In this document: positions 11,062 to 22,872 of the stretch, piece by piece
How the letters are laid out: every line of letters starts with the position of its first letter
Position numbering within the stretch: the first letter of the stretch is position 1
From: Chiloscyllium plagiosum
Taxonomy: Eukaryota
Direction of reading: 5' to 3'
Length of the DNA: 54,580 bases
Assembly (NCBI RefSeq): GCF_004010195.1
Contig: NC_057751.1
Coordinates: 4,363,137-4,417,716 of the forward strand
The notes under the pieces: model-generated
Databases searched by the model: none
Told to the model about the DNA's origin: nothing
The model's input: the letters and a program-made list of their open reading frames with translations, nothing else
Program-made: the position numbers and the translations under genes

Positions 11062-12799
11062 GTCGACAAGATCTGAGGAAAACACACAGGCAACAAATCA
11101 AATTCACAATCTGACGCCACCATTCAACCTTTCACCTTTCAGAAGCTAACAATTATTGGACAAGTGTCATCTGCCCTCTGAAAAACATTTCTCTCCAGAG
11201 AGAAATCTGTTTGTTTCATTTATTTTAGAAGTTGTTCAAATGTTGGGATATTAAGGAGATTAATACTTTTAAATATCAAAATTTTCTTAGTTAGCTTTAC
11301 ATCTCCAACAACCAAGTTTTTTTTTCCCCAGAATAAATTAATATTTCACAGTTGAGTGTAGAATCCTGTTTGCTGAATATTTTTATTCCAAACCTAATGG
11401 AGAGAAAGTATCTAACTATTGGTGTAATTGGATAAAACATTTGATTTTATATTAAGATCCGTAGAGTAGTAGGAGCTGAGAGAGAGAGAAAGTGAGTGTG
11501 CAGGAGTTCTGTCTCACTTGTTACAATATTTCTGTCAGTCTTAAATGTGTCTCTGTTGGTTACTTTCCCTCCTAACCCCCCTGGAAATACTTTCTCATTA
11601 CTCACTAGATTTAAAAGCTTTTAAAAATATCAGAAGTCACCCCAAATGGAAACACTTATTAAAGTGACATGTGGATAAGTGAAATGGCTGGTCAAATGAT
11701 TCAGGGGTGATCTGATTTAAGGATTCGAGATATTGACAGGAGAAGACAGGGTTGATAAAGATATACGAGATAAATCCCCACTGGTTGGGGATTCCACAAC
11801 TTTGAGACACAGCCTGAGAATGAGGGCCAGACTGTTTGGGAGATGTCAGGAAGCACTTCTACACATAAAGGGTGGGAGAGGTTTGGAACTCTCTTCCACA
11901 AATGGATGCAGAATAAGTTGTTAACTTTAAATCCATGGTAGATGTATTTTTGTTAAGTATGAAGGCAGGTAAAGGCAGATTTATGGAGTTAGGCCTCAGA
12001 CCAACCCTGGAACAGGGTGAATGGCCTCCTCCTGTTCCTAACTGGACCTATCGGGTTCCACAGATCAGGGAAGGGAGATACAACATGTTCACTGAAAGAA
12101 TGTGGGTCCAGACTCTCATTTTTAAAATAAACTGTTTTTGGGAAATTGCCAGGCTTTTGCCAAATGGGTCCAAGTTTTACAAGATCAGGCTTAAATCCAT
12201 TTTACCCTCTTTGTGAATTTGGATTTTCTGTATGGGTCAGTCATCCCACAGGAATGACTGGAACATTCTGCTGGATAATTTGGAGGGGTGATTGTGTCCC
12301 TGGGAGACTCTCTCTCTGTGCAGAAGCTCCCCAGAGGGGTAGATGGAAGCAGCTGAAGAGTTGGCCCAGACTTTGCAAGATGGAGTCTCACCCAATTGCT
12401 GTTGTTCTCAGGTCTGGTGGGCCTCACTAGCAGCTCAGGGGTGCACACCAGTCTTAGGGTGATTCGGGGTGTGGGCTGTGGAACTCACCATGCTCCTGGT
12501 CAAATTCCAGACTCTTGCCTCATCAGCCTGTCCAAACATGTTACTGCACCAGACAGGAATTGAACCCCACCAGTCCTGGAGCTGCCCCCTTCTCCGTCTG
12601 CCCTCTGCGTCAACACTCACTAGCTCAGGGAAACTCACCTGAAGACAGTCAAGCTGCCCAGACAGTGGGCACCAGGTGCCCTGCCAGCATCTTGCCCACC
12701 TCAAACCTACCCCCGCACAAAAATGTAGCCCCAGACCCCAACCACCCCCAGGACCAGGCTTGTTGTGGAAGTATGCTTGATGCCCGCCCTCCATGTTGC

Positions 12800-13330
12800 C
12801 TCAGCCTCCCCTGTACAGGCGGGGGGATAGGGGTGGCCCGGGGGAAGAAGGAGGCGAGAGGGCAGCAGCTGCTTTCTGTCCCCACTCCCCCCGAGGATGA
12901 GACCAAGCCCCAGCCCCCCTCCCCGTCAAGATCAGAGGCTGTTGCTAAGGCCCGGCGCTCCTTCCCTCCCCCTCTGTCCTGGCCGAGCGGCCTTACCTGT
13001 GGTGTAATCCCGGGCCTGAGGTGAAGGCAGTACCCGCTGGGTCTCCCAGCCGCAGTATCAGGGCCGGCCCACGGTTACAATGTAGCGCCCGGGCCGCTGG
13101 CGCTGCTGCTGCCGCCACTTTGTATCCATTCGGAGTCCGCTTCGAACCCGGAGCCGCTTTCAAACAGATACACAACCGGTCCCCAGCCACTCCCCTTCCC
13201 AGCTCAGGTCCTCCCTGCCCAGCGGGCCAGCCACTGCCGGGAGGGGGAGGAGCATGCGCCCCGCCCCACTCCCTCCCCAGGGCCTGTGGCAATAGCAATG
13301 TCTGTCTCAGGGTGCACCCTGCTCCGCCTG
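12800..13330 (-). promoter_or_regulatory. CpG-island-like promoter and probable non-coding first exon of the DDHD2-like gene (donor after 12997)
   Basis: Locally very GC- and CpG-rich compared with the flanks. Consensus donor CAG|GTAAGG on the minus strand at 12997/12996, upstream of the first coding exon. Confidence 0.65.
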
Positions 13331-14207
13331 GGGACTCACACCGTCTGGTTGTTTATCTCTCTGTCTGGGACAGTGTGGAGGCTGGGGGGGGACCATATCC
13401 GACCCCACACCCCCCCCCCCAAACATCCTCAAGCTCCCGCCCAGGTTAGCGGGTGTGTGTGTACCCTGCTCTCTTGTGAAATGAAAGAGAGAGATGTTTC
13501 TGTCTGTCTCCCTTAGCTCCGCGCTGTGTGCAGGTTTTGTCTGTCTGTGTGTGAATGAAGCTGTCTTTGTGAGTGTAGGGAGGAGGGGGTGTACCAACCT
13601 GCCCAGCTCCCATCTCCACAGCTGTGTGGTGTACATTTGTGTGTGTCTGTGTTGGTGTCAATGTGGGTACTCCTCACCCTGTCTCCCTGTCTGCCTGGGT
13701 GAGGGGTTGTGTCTGTGTGTGTTTATGTGCACGGCTGTTTGTGTTAGTGTCATCATCCCCTCTCCCTGGTGATGTCTGGATGAGGGTTCTCTGTGAGTGT
13801 GTGTGCACGTCTACGTCTGTCTGTATGGGTCTTCTTTACTCCCCCCACCTGTCTCTGTCTGTCTCCCCCCCCCCCAGCCCCCTCTCTGGCAGTAAAACCA
13901 TGTTTTTACAGGGCCAGAGCTCATTCTGCATCACCCCACTTCAACCCAACCTCTGCCCTGATCAGAGCAGTTTCCCTGGAGCCAGGGAGCTATTCCTTTT
14001 GCTGCATCTCTCCATCTGAAAGGGCTTCCCTTGCTCCAAATGCTCTCTCCAATTGATTCCTCATTTGGCAACATTTTTTCAAAACAGTTTGTGAACATTG
14101 AATACCATACAGATTCCAGCCCCATGCCCTTCGCTCAGCAACATGGAGCGAGGAACAAACTTGACATACACACTTCCTATCAACTCCATTTATTGTACTG
14201 GGGGGCC

Positions 14208-14925
14208 AGGAGTCATATCGATACACAGCTCAAAAACAGACCCTTTGATCCAACTCCTCCATCCTGACCAGATATCCTAAACTAATCTGGTCCTATTTGC
14301 CAGCACTTGGCCCATATCCCTCTAAACCCTTCCTATTCATATACACATCCAGATGCCTTTAAAATGTTGTAATTGTACCAACCTCCACCACATCCTCTGG
14401 CAGCTCATTCCTTATACGCACCACCCTCTGTGTGAAAAAGTTGCCCCTTAGGTCCCTTTTATATCTTTCCCCTCTCACCCTAAACCTATACCCTCGAGTT
14501 CTAGACTCCTCCACCCCAGGGAAAAGACCTTGTCTATTTATCCGACCCAAGCCCCTCATAATTTTATAAACCTCTATAAACCTCAGCTCCGACGCTCCAG
14601 GGAAAACACCCCTAGCCTCTACTTTCAAGGAGCTATGAACCTGCACTCCAAGGTCTCTTTACTCAGCAACACTCTCAGAGGACCTTACCATTAAGTATAT
14701 AAGTCCTGCCCTGATTTGCCTTTCCAAAATGCAGCACCTCACATTTATCTAAATTAAACTCTGTCTGCCACTCTTCAGCCCATTGGCCCATCTGATCGAG
14801 ATTCTGTGGTACTCTGAAGTAACCTTCTTCGCTGTCCACTACATCTCCATTTTTGGTGTCATCTGCAAACTTATTAACTCTTCCTCCTTTATTCACACCC
14901 AAATCATTTACATAAATGATAAAAA
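14208..14925 (-). mobile_element. CR1/HER1 LINE 3' fragment
   Basis: ORF remnants KFADDTK...WAEEWQTEFNLDKCEVLHFG and RTRGYRFRVRGERYKRDLRGNFFTQRVV. Confidence 0.9.
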
Positions 14926-16167
14926 GGACTTTGGTAATTATCTCTTACACTCTATGTCCAAAGACCCAGACAGCTGATCCATCAAGAAATTTAAATCAGA
15001 CCACAGCACCAAGAGAACTTCCAGTCAGACCCAGCATGAAACAAGGCCATTCAGCCCTATTCATCTCCACCAAAATCCCCAATGGGAAGCACATGTCAGT
15101 CACAGTGACCATAAAACTATCTGACCACTGTTGGCCAAGTTAATACCTGCAATGGGGGGACAGTGGTTGTCTCATGAGAAAGGATTAAAGAGGTTAGAGT
15201 TTTACGAAAATAAGAGCTTGCTGTGTCAGAAACATATAAGACAGATGGTGGTGACAGGTGAATGTGGGACGATCTATCTCCACTGACTACTGGGATTAAT
15301 TTGGGAGGTAAATGTCTGTGGGGGCTGTGAGCCAAGCAAGCAGAACCCAGGCCCTTGGTCCAATGGGTTTGTTCCTTGCCTGCAGAACACAATAACACTG
15401 TACTTTCCAGCGCAGGCTGAACCTTGCATTGAAATCCAGTGAACAATCACTGTTCTGTTGAGGATACAACAAGTTCAGTGGAAAGATAAAACGGTCTTTA
15501 TGCTCATGCAGACTACAATCCAGCAGTGGACTTGGAAAAACATCTAATACTGTTATTTTCTTCGATTTGCAAAATAATTTAATCACGCCTGTACTCCAAC
15601 ATCATGGAGTTAATACTGTTCATGCACAGCATCTCTCACTGGAACTGTAACCATGATGACAGCAGTACAAGGTACAAATGATTAAAACAAATCTTACGTA
15701 ACCACCATCAGCTTCAAAACATTGCCAGGGGTTCTTCAATGCCCACCTGATGAAGGGAGACAGTGATCAATGGGCCCATGTCTTCACCTGTCCCCTAAAG
15801 GCAGTGCCTCTGACAGTGGAGCACTCCTTCGGCAGTTCACTGGAGTGGCAGCCTGGACAGTGTGTATACCCCACAACACCCTGCTGCAGAGGATAGAGAC
15901 TACCTGCTGAGCCACAACCAGTGCAGTGTGTGAGCCGCCCGTTTGCTGTGTGTGGGAGCTGGGGGTGGTTGGGAAAACCATGTGCCAGGGATTGAGCTGA
16001 ACTTGGGAGGAAGTGTGTGCAAGGCAGAGAGTGCAAATACAGGCCTGAGGTGCAGACTGTCTGTACGTGATCAATTCCATCTTGTGGTCGTTTTATGTCA
16101 CTGCAAGGAGATAATGAAACCAGGCATTGTTCAGCCCTTTTGAACCCATGTATGTCATCATTTTTAT

Positions 16168-16332
16168 ACAAAGTTAAAAATCACACAACATCAGGTTAAA
16201 GTCCAACAGATTTAATTGGAAGTACACTACTTTCGGAGTGCCGCTCCTTCATCAGATGGTGATGAATTAAACCTGTGCTTCCAATTAAACCTGTTGGACT
16301 TTAACCTGATGTTGTGTGATTTTTAACTTTGT
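16168..16332. repeat. Inverted repeat with 59-bp arms (57/59 identical); Penelope-derived family 3
   Basis: Arm 16168-16226 against the reverse complement of 16274-16332. Confidence 0.9.
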
Positions 16333-18064
16333 CCACCCGAGTCCAATACCGGCTCCTCCAAATCATCGTTTTTGTATGTATTTCTGTTCTTAATTCCTCG
16401 CCTCACATTTATCATGGAAAAAGCCTGTGTGTTTCTTAATGTGGCTTGCAGTCTGTTAAGAATGATCAACTCTCTGTCTCCGGGGAGGGAGAATGTAAAA
16501 AAAAAATCAGAGCCTGGATTTTGTGCTGGGTCAGCTGCCTGTTCTGCAAGCAGAATAAAGTCCATTTAGTCAGCGAGATTTTAAATGGATGCATGCAATG
16601 ACTAAAAGGAAAACACAAACACCTCATGCCATTAAATGTAAAACTTCAAATGCCAAGGTTGCTTCTAAAAACCAGGCGTGAGGCTTCAGATCAGGAGGCC
16701 CACTCAAATATAACAAATCCAAGTCTGACCTTTGCAGAGCCATTAAGACAGCCAAGGACCAACACCGATCCAAATAGAGACCCAGACAGAAACCCAGAGA
16801 TAATGGCAAAGTCTGAATGACATCACAGGTTCTAAAAAGAGACAGTACAAGATAGCAGTCGATGACATCTCGCTCCCAGATCGTCTCAATGCCTTCTATG
16901 CTCGCGTTGAGCAGAATTTTGGCAGAGACCTAACACCTATTCCGATAAGTCCAGACGAACCTATCCCAACAGTCACTGCATCAGAGGTCAGATCAGTTTT
17001 CCTTCATGTGATTCCAAGGAAAGCGATGGGACCAGATGGAGTACCAGGCCATGCACTCAGGGCATGTGCAGATCAACTGGCAGAGGTCTTCTCAGACATC
17101 TTCAACCTCTCCCTGCAGCAGGCCACTGTCCCTGCCTGTTTCAAGAGGGCCCACGTCATCCCTGTGCCTAAGAAGGCTCATGCAGTATGTCTCAATGACT
17201 ACCGCCCAGTGGCCCTAACTTCGGTGGCCATGTGTATTTTGAAAGGCTGGTCATGGCATTAATCAACTCCAGCCTCCCCATGACTCTTGACCCACTCCAA
17301 TTTGCCTATTAGACCAACAGATCTATGTCAGATGCCATATCACTTGCTCTTCACTCCTCCCCAGAACATCATGACACCAAGAACAGCTATGTAAGAATCC
17401 TACTCATTGACTACAGGTCAGCTTTCAACACTATTATCCCCTCGAGACTGATTACTAAACTTAGTGATCTCGGACTAAGCCCCACTCTCTGCAACTTGAT
17501 CCTCACTTTCCTGACCAACAGGCCACAATCAGTGAAGAATGGGGACAATATTTCATCCTAACACTCAACACCCACCAGGGGTGCGTACTCAGCCCCCCTA
17601 CTGTACTCTACTGTATACCCATGACTGCATCACTAAATATCAAACTTATACCATTTACAAGTTGGCTGATGACACCACCATAGTCGGTTGAATCTCAGAT
17701 GGCGATGAAACAGACTACAGACAGGAGGTGGAAGGCCTGGAAAAATAGTGCACTGAGAACAACCTAACTCTCAATGCCAGCAAAACCAAGGAACTCATTA
17801 TTGACTTTCAGCGGGATGTTACTCATGCACCCGCTACACATGAACAGCAAGAGGTGGAACGAGTGGAGAGTGTCAAACTCCTGGGAGCATCCATAACAAG
17901 CTTTCTTGGACTCTTCATGTGGACACACTGGTTACAAAGGCCCAACATTGTCTCCTCTTCCTCAGGCAGCTGAGGAAATTTGGCATGACAGTGAATACCC
18001 TTGCCAACTTTTGTAGGTGCGCCATATAGAGCATTCTGTCTGAATGTATTACTATTTGGTATGG

Positions 18065-19244
18065 TTGAAACTTTATTGCTGGAACAGCACAGCAGGTCAG
18101 GCAGCATCCAGGGAACAGGAGATTCGACGTTTCGGGCACAGGCCCTTCTTCAGGAATGAGCAGAGAGTGTTCAGCAGGAGAAGATAAAAGGTAGGGAGGA
18201 GGGACTTGGAGGAGGGGCGTTGGAAATGTGATAGGTGGAAAGAGGTCAAGGTGAGGGTGATAGGTCGGAGTAGGATGGAGGCGGGGAGGTCAAGAAGAAG
18301 ACTGCAGGTCAGGAAGGCGTTGCCGGGCTGGAGGGATTCGGCTGAGACAAGGTGGGGGGAGGGGGGATGAAGAAACTGGTGAAGTTCAAGTTCATCCCCT
18401 GTGGTTGGAGGGTTCCCAGTCGGAAGATAAGACGTTCCTCCTCCGACCGTCGGGTTGTTGTGGTTTGGCGGTGGATGAGTCCAATGACCTGCATATCCTC
18501 GGTGGAGTGGGAGGGGGAGTTGAAATGCTGTGCCACAGGTTGGTTGGGTTGGTTCGTCCGGGTGGCCCAGAGGTGCTCTCTGAATCGCTCCGCAAGTAGG
18601 CGGCCTGTCTCCCCAATATAGAGGAGGCCACACCGGCTGCAGCGGATGCAGTAGATGATGTGGGTGGAGGTGCAGGTGAATCTGTGGCGGATATGGAATT
18701 TTCCTTTGGGGCCTTGGAGAGAAGTGAGGGGGGAGGTGTGGGCGCAAGTGTTGCACCTCCTGCGGTTGCAAGGGAAGGTGCCGGGAGTGGTGGTTGGGTC
18801 GGTGGGGGGTGTGGATCTGACAAGGGAGTCGCGGAGGGAGTGGTCTCTATGGAAAGCTGATAGGGGAGGGGAGGGAAATATATTCTTGGTGCTGGGGTCT
18901 GTTTGGAGGTGGCGGAAGTGACGGCGGATGATGTGCTGTACATGGAGATTGGTGGGGTGGTAGGTGAGGACCAGTGGGGTTCTGTCCTGGTGGCGGTTGG
19001 AGGGGCGGGGCTCAAGGGCGGAGGAGCGGGAAGTGGAGGAGATGCGGTGGAGGGTACCGTCGACCACGTCGGGGGGGAAATTGCGGTCCTTGAAGAAGGA
19101 GGCCATCTGTGTTGTACGTATTTTGAACTGGTCCTCCTGGGAGCAGATGCGGCGGAGACGAAGGAATTGGGAGAATGGGATGGCGTTTTTACAGGGGGCA
19201 GGATGGGAGGAGGTGTAGTCCAGGTAGCTGTGGGAGTCGGTTGG
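18065..19244 (-). mobile_element. Penelope-like element (Neptune-type), 5'-truncated, with open RT-thumb plus GIY-YIG endonuclease frame and 3' terminal region
   Basis: ORF 18309-19313: KPTDSHSYLDYTSSHP, SQFLRLRRICS, CxxxxCxxC, IIYCIRCSRCGLLYIGETGR, ERFREH, GTLQPQGMN. Flanked by the 10-bp direct repeat TTTGGTATGG. Confidence 0.93.
18122..18157 (-). ncRNA. Minimal type I hammerhead ribozyme (Penelope family 1)
   Basis: AUUC-CUGAAGA-A-GGGC(CUGU)GCCC-GAAAC-GUC-GAAU: intact core, stem II, palindromic stem III, GUC site and stem I AUUC/GAAU. Confidence 0.8.
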
Positions 19245-19531
19245 TTTGGTATGGCAACTGTACAATTCAAGATTGGAGACCATTGCAGAGAGTGGTGAAC
19301 TCATCCCGGACAATCACAAAGGCCAACCTCCCAACAATGGAATCCATCTAGCAGGCCCGCTGTCAAGGAAAGGCTGCCAGCATTCTCAAAGGTCCATCCC
19401 ACCCTGGCAATGCTTTTCTACAACCTCGACCATCAGGGAGAAGGTACAGAATCCTGAACACATTCACCAGCTGGTTTCAAAACAGTTTCTGTGGTTAGAG
19501 TACTGACTGAGCTCACAAACTCTTAACATTC

Positions 19532-20127
19532 CAGTTGGGAGGTCATGTTGCAGCTGTACAGGACATTGGTTAGGCCACTGTTGGAATATTGCATGCACTT
19601 CTGGTCTCCTTCCTATCAGAAAGATGTTGTGAAACTTGAAAGGGTTCAGAAAAGATTTACAAGGATGTTGCCAGGTTTGGAGGATTTGAGCTACAGGGAG
19701 AGGCTGAACAGGCTGGGGCTGTTTTCCCTGGAGCGTCGGAGGCTGAGGGGTGACCTTATAGAGGTTTACAAAATCATGAGGGGCATGGATAGGGTAAATA
19801 GACAAAGTCTTTTCCCTGGGGTGGGGGCGTCCAGAACTAGAGGGCATAGGTTTAAGGTGAGAGGGGAAAGATATAAAAGAGACCTGAGGGGCAACTTTTA
19901 CACGCAGAGGGTGGTATGTGTATGGAATGAGCTGCCAGAGAAAGTGGTGGAGGCTGGTACGATTGCAACATTTAAGAGACATTTGAATGGGGATTTGAAT
20001 AGGAAGGGTTTGGAGGGATATGGGCCGGGTGCTGGCAGGTGGGACTAGATTGGGTTGGGATATCTGGTCGGCATGGACAGGTTGGACCGAAGAGTCTGTT
20101 TCCATGCTGTACATCTCTATGACTCTA
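19532..20127 (+). mobile_element. CR1/HER1 LINE 3' fragment with open frame (relatively young)
   Basis: ORF 19545-20048 LYRTLVRPLLEYCxxFWSP...LERVQKRFTRMLPGL...; ends ctctatgactcta. Confidence 0.92.
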
Positions 20128-20961
20128 TTCGCCAGTACCTGTGTTTTTGTTTTTGCCGCTGTTTACCTACTATTGACTTATCTATGCTATTTAACTCTGT
20201 GACCTGCCTGCATAGCTCACAAGACAAAGCTTTTCTCTGTGCCTTGGTATACATGACAATAAATTCAATTCAGTTTCAGGGAATAATTGTGAGGGAGCAA
20301 TGGATGCAATCTCCTCAGGGTGAATAAATCAAAGGTCATGGGTGGGGACGGTGGGTACAGAGATGGGAAGGTGCAGTTCAGAACACAAACAGATCAGTTC
20401 TGATCTTAGTGAATAGCAGGGTGCACGCAAGGTGCTGAGTGGACTGTGGGGTCTATATCTGCTCCAAATTCAGAAGTTTGTACATTCAACTCTCTCTGGA
20501 CAATCTCTCAACCTTCCATTGATCAAAGTGATCTCCTGCAGACTGACAACCCCTTGCAGCAGTTTACTGAGTTGTGTGTCACTAAGTCCTGAGCTCTCAA
20601 ACTGCCTCTCCCGACCTCTTCCTGTCTGTCTCTCCACTCCCCTCCCTCCATCCTTCAGAACGATGGCCCTGACATTCCCCCCCCACCGGCAGGTATTTAT
20701 GTCTGAGATCTCTCAATGTCGAGATGCTCTCGCTCAATCTTTCTACTTTTGGCCATTTCCTTGTGAGATGTTGGGGAAACCTTTTGCCCGCACACGGCAA
20801 AAACAAAAGGCTTTTATTTTTCCCCCAGGATTGCCCACTGGAGATGACAAGGCTGGTTGCAATTTGAGAAGCTCAGCCAAGCTTGCATGAGCTGTTGGAA
20901 GTGGAGCGTGTCGGGTCGCACCAGCGTTCAGCACTGACTGCACACAGCAGCGGGCTCGATC

Positions 20962-20968
20962 TATAAAA
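20962..20968 (+). promoter_or_regulatory. TATA box of the MMP21-like gene
   Basis: Canonical cTATAAAAgggggc about 65 nt upstream of the ATG at 21033. Confidence 0.7.
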
Positions 20969-21032
20969 GGGGGCAGAGGGAGGTGAAAGGCTACCTCCAT
21001 CTCCCTGCTGCACCTCGTTCACAGGCACAGCA

Positions 21033-21179
21033 ATGCAGCTCCTCGCTTTCTCCCCTCTGCTGGCCTGCTTCCTCTGTCGCTGGAGCACACAGGAGAGAAT
21101 CTTTCACAAGAGGGATCACTCTGATATTAAACAGGCTCCTCATCATGCTCCCACCATCAACACCGAGCAATCCGCCCAG
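21033..21179 (+). CDS. MMP21: MMP21-like exon 1 (147 nt; signal peptide MQLLAFSPLLACFLCRWSTQ then ERIFHKRDHSD...)
   Basis: Hydrophobic N-terminus followed by the MMP21-type ExxFHxRDxSD motif; donor CAG|GTAACG, phase 0. Confidence 0.88.
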
Positions 21180-22175
21180 GTAACGGACCGCCCTGACAAA
21201 TCTCCACTTTGGAGAGATCATAGAGTCATAGAGGTGTGCAGCAAGGAAATAGAAGTGAGGTGCGTTCTCTTCTCATCCTGTTGTTCTGGGCAAGATCAAC
21301 TGGTGGGCTTAAAAGGCTATAGCAGTGAAGGTTCCAGATACTGTAACTGCCTGCAAAGCACAGATTCAGAAACACAGTGACCACCTGCGGTCAATTCTAT
21401 AAATGAATGAATTCGGCCAAACGAGAGAAAAATCGTAGTCGTTCAGAATTCGAGGGGAGCGACTTGGAAAAAGTTAAACAAAGAACTGGAGGGGGTGGGG
21501 GTGGGGTGCTGGAAATCTGAAACACCAACAGAAATTGCTGGAGAAATTCAGCATTTGATGAGAGGGAGAGAGAGAGAGAGAGAGAGAATGCAGTGTGAAG
21601 GTTTCCAGTCCAGTGACCCTTGTTCAGAAATTAAAAAAAAACAGGCAGCCTCAAAGTCCTAGAGTCATAGAATTATAGAACCCTGACAATGCAGATGATG
21701 GTCATTCAGCCCATTGAGCCTGCACTGACCCTCTGAAGAGCATCCGAACCAGACCCAGCCCATCCCTGTCATCCCGCATGGGGTTTTTAAAATCCTGGCA
21801 AACCCACCAAGACAGCACATCCCTGGGTGCTCCAGAGAGATTTTTTGTTTTGTATGGCCAATCTACCCAAATTAGACAGTTCTCCATCTGCCTCCCAATC
21901 ATAGTCAGCAGCCCGTGTTGCTGACGTTTGTGGGTAGGACACATACTTTGTGACCTTGTTATTGGAGTGTCGAAGGAGGAATGCCAGGTCATCAGAGGCT
22001 GTAAGAGCCAGTGATACCATGCTACCAATGGTTAATTTCAAGACAAGATGTTCCCCCCATCCCAGCAGCTCCCATTCTTGAAGGCCTGGGCCTAGGCCCC
22101 TTGGGAAAGCAGCTGGATATTGTAGCAGAGGATATTGTAGCTCCCCAGCACTCACCAGCTTTGTGTTTCCTTCAG

Positions 22176-22827
22176 AAATTCCTCACCAAATACGGATGGA
22201 TGGGGACAGTCGATTGGGAGGACTCCCAGCAGCCAGACCCAGCTCATGAAGATCCTGTTCCCCCAGACATGCGCAGCCCCATCCAGGAGAACATCGAGGT
22301 CTCAGACCAGACAGAGGGTCCTGCCAACCAGAAGGTGGAGAGTCCGGCCTTTCGGCATGCTCTGAAGGCATTCCAGGGAATAACCGGACTGGCGGTCACT
22401 GGGATCTTCGACCCAGCCACAAGAGAGGCCATGAACAGCCCCCGGTGTGGGGTGCCTGATCAGGGGTGGCATACCGGCGTACTGTCGCCCCAGGCCACCA
22501 TGGAGGACAAGGGCAAGCAGACTGCATTAGATCAAGGTCTGGTCCGCACCAAGAGGTTCTCCCATCACCTCCTCCTCCACCGCCTGAAGGCCCGAGGGAG
22601 GAGAAGGGAGGTTGCAGACGGTAATGTCTCTGGCCTGGCGTTCCGCAAACGAAGCCTGAAGTGGCGCCTGCTGAGGGAGGGTTACAGCTCTCAGCTACCG
22701 GTGCTGGAGCAGAGAGCAGCCATTCACCTGGCCTTCAGGCTGTGGAGCGAGGTCACACCCATCGACTTTGAGGAGGATCTGAGCTCCCCTGTCTCGCTGC
22801 TGGACATCACGCTGGCGTTTGGAACTG
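22176..22827 (+). CDS. MMP21: MMP21-like exon 2 (652 nt; propeptide, cysteine switch PRCGVPD, furin sites RTKR and RGRRR, start of catalytic domain)
   Basis: Acceptor tgtttccttcAG; KFLTKYGW...MNSPRCGVPD...LKWRLLREGYSSQL...AFRLWSEVTPIDFEED; donor G|GTAACC. Confidence 0.95.
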
Positions 22828-22872
22828 GTAACCCTTGGCAGTGTTGGCCAAGCTAGCTGAGATAGGCTTTTT

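Larger units (their letters stand above)
16660..20277 (+). mobile_element. Rex1/Babar-clade LINE, 5'-truncated and frameshifted, interrupted by Penelope (18065-19244) and CR1 (19532-20127) insertions
   Basis: RT remnants [44 protein letters not shown] and KLADDTT. WYGNCT...LQRVV resumes after 19245. Tail ends aataaattcaattcag. Confidence 0.85.

Noticed and set aside
13136..13150. Pol III B-box-like GTTCGAAGC in the CpG island (minus strand)
   Set aside because: Isolated short match with no cloverleaf or A box; could be chance.
18097..19298. Several long overlapping ORFs (224, 292 and 131 aa)
   Set aside because: Alternative and antisense frames of the GC-rich Penelope ORF.
20760..20815. RFX/FOXJ1 ciliary-program motifs upstream of the MMP21-like gene
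   Set aside because: Only weak partial matches (gttggggaaac, aaaacaaaa); not distinguishable from background by eye.
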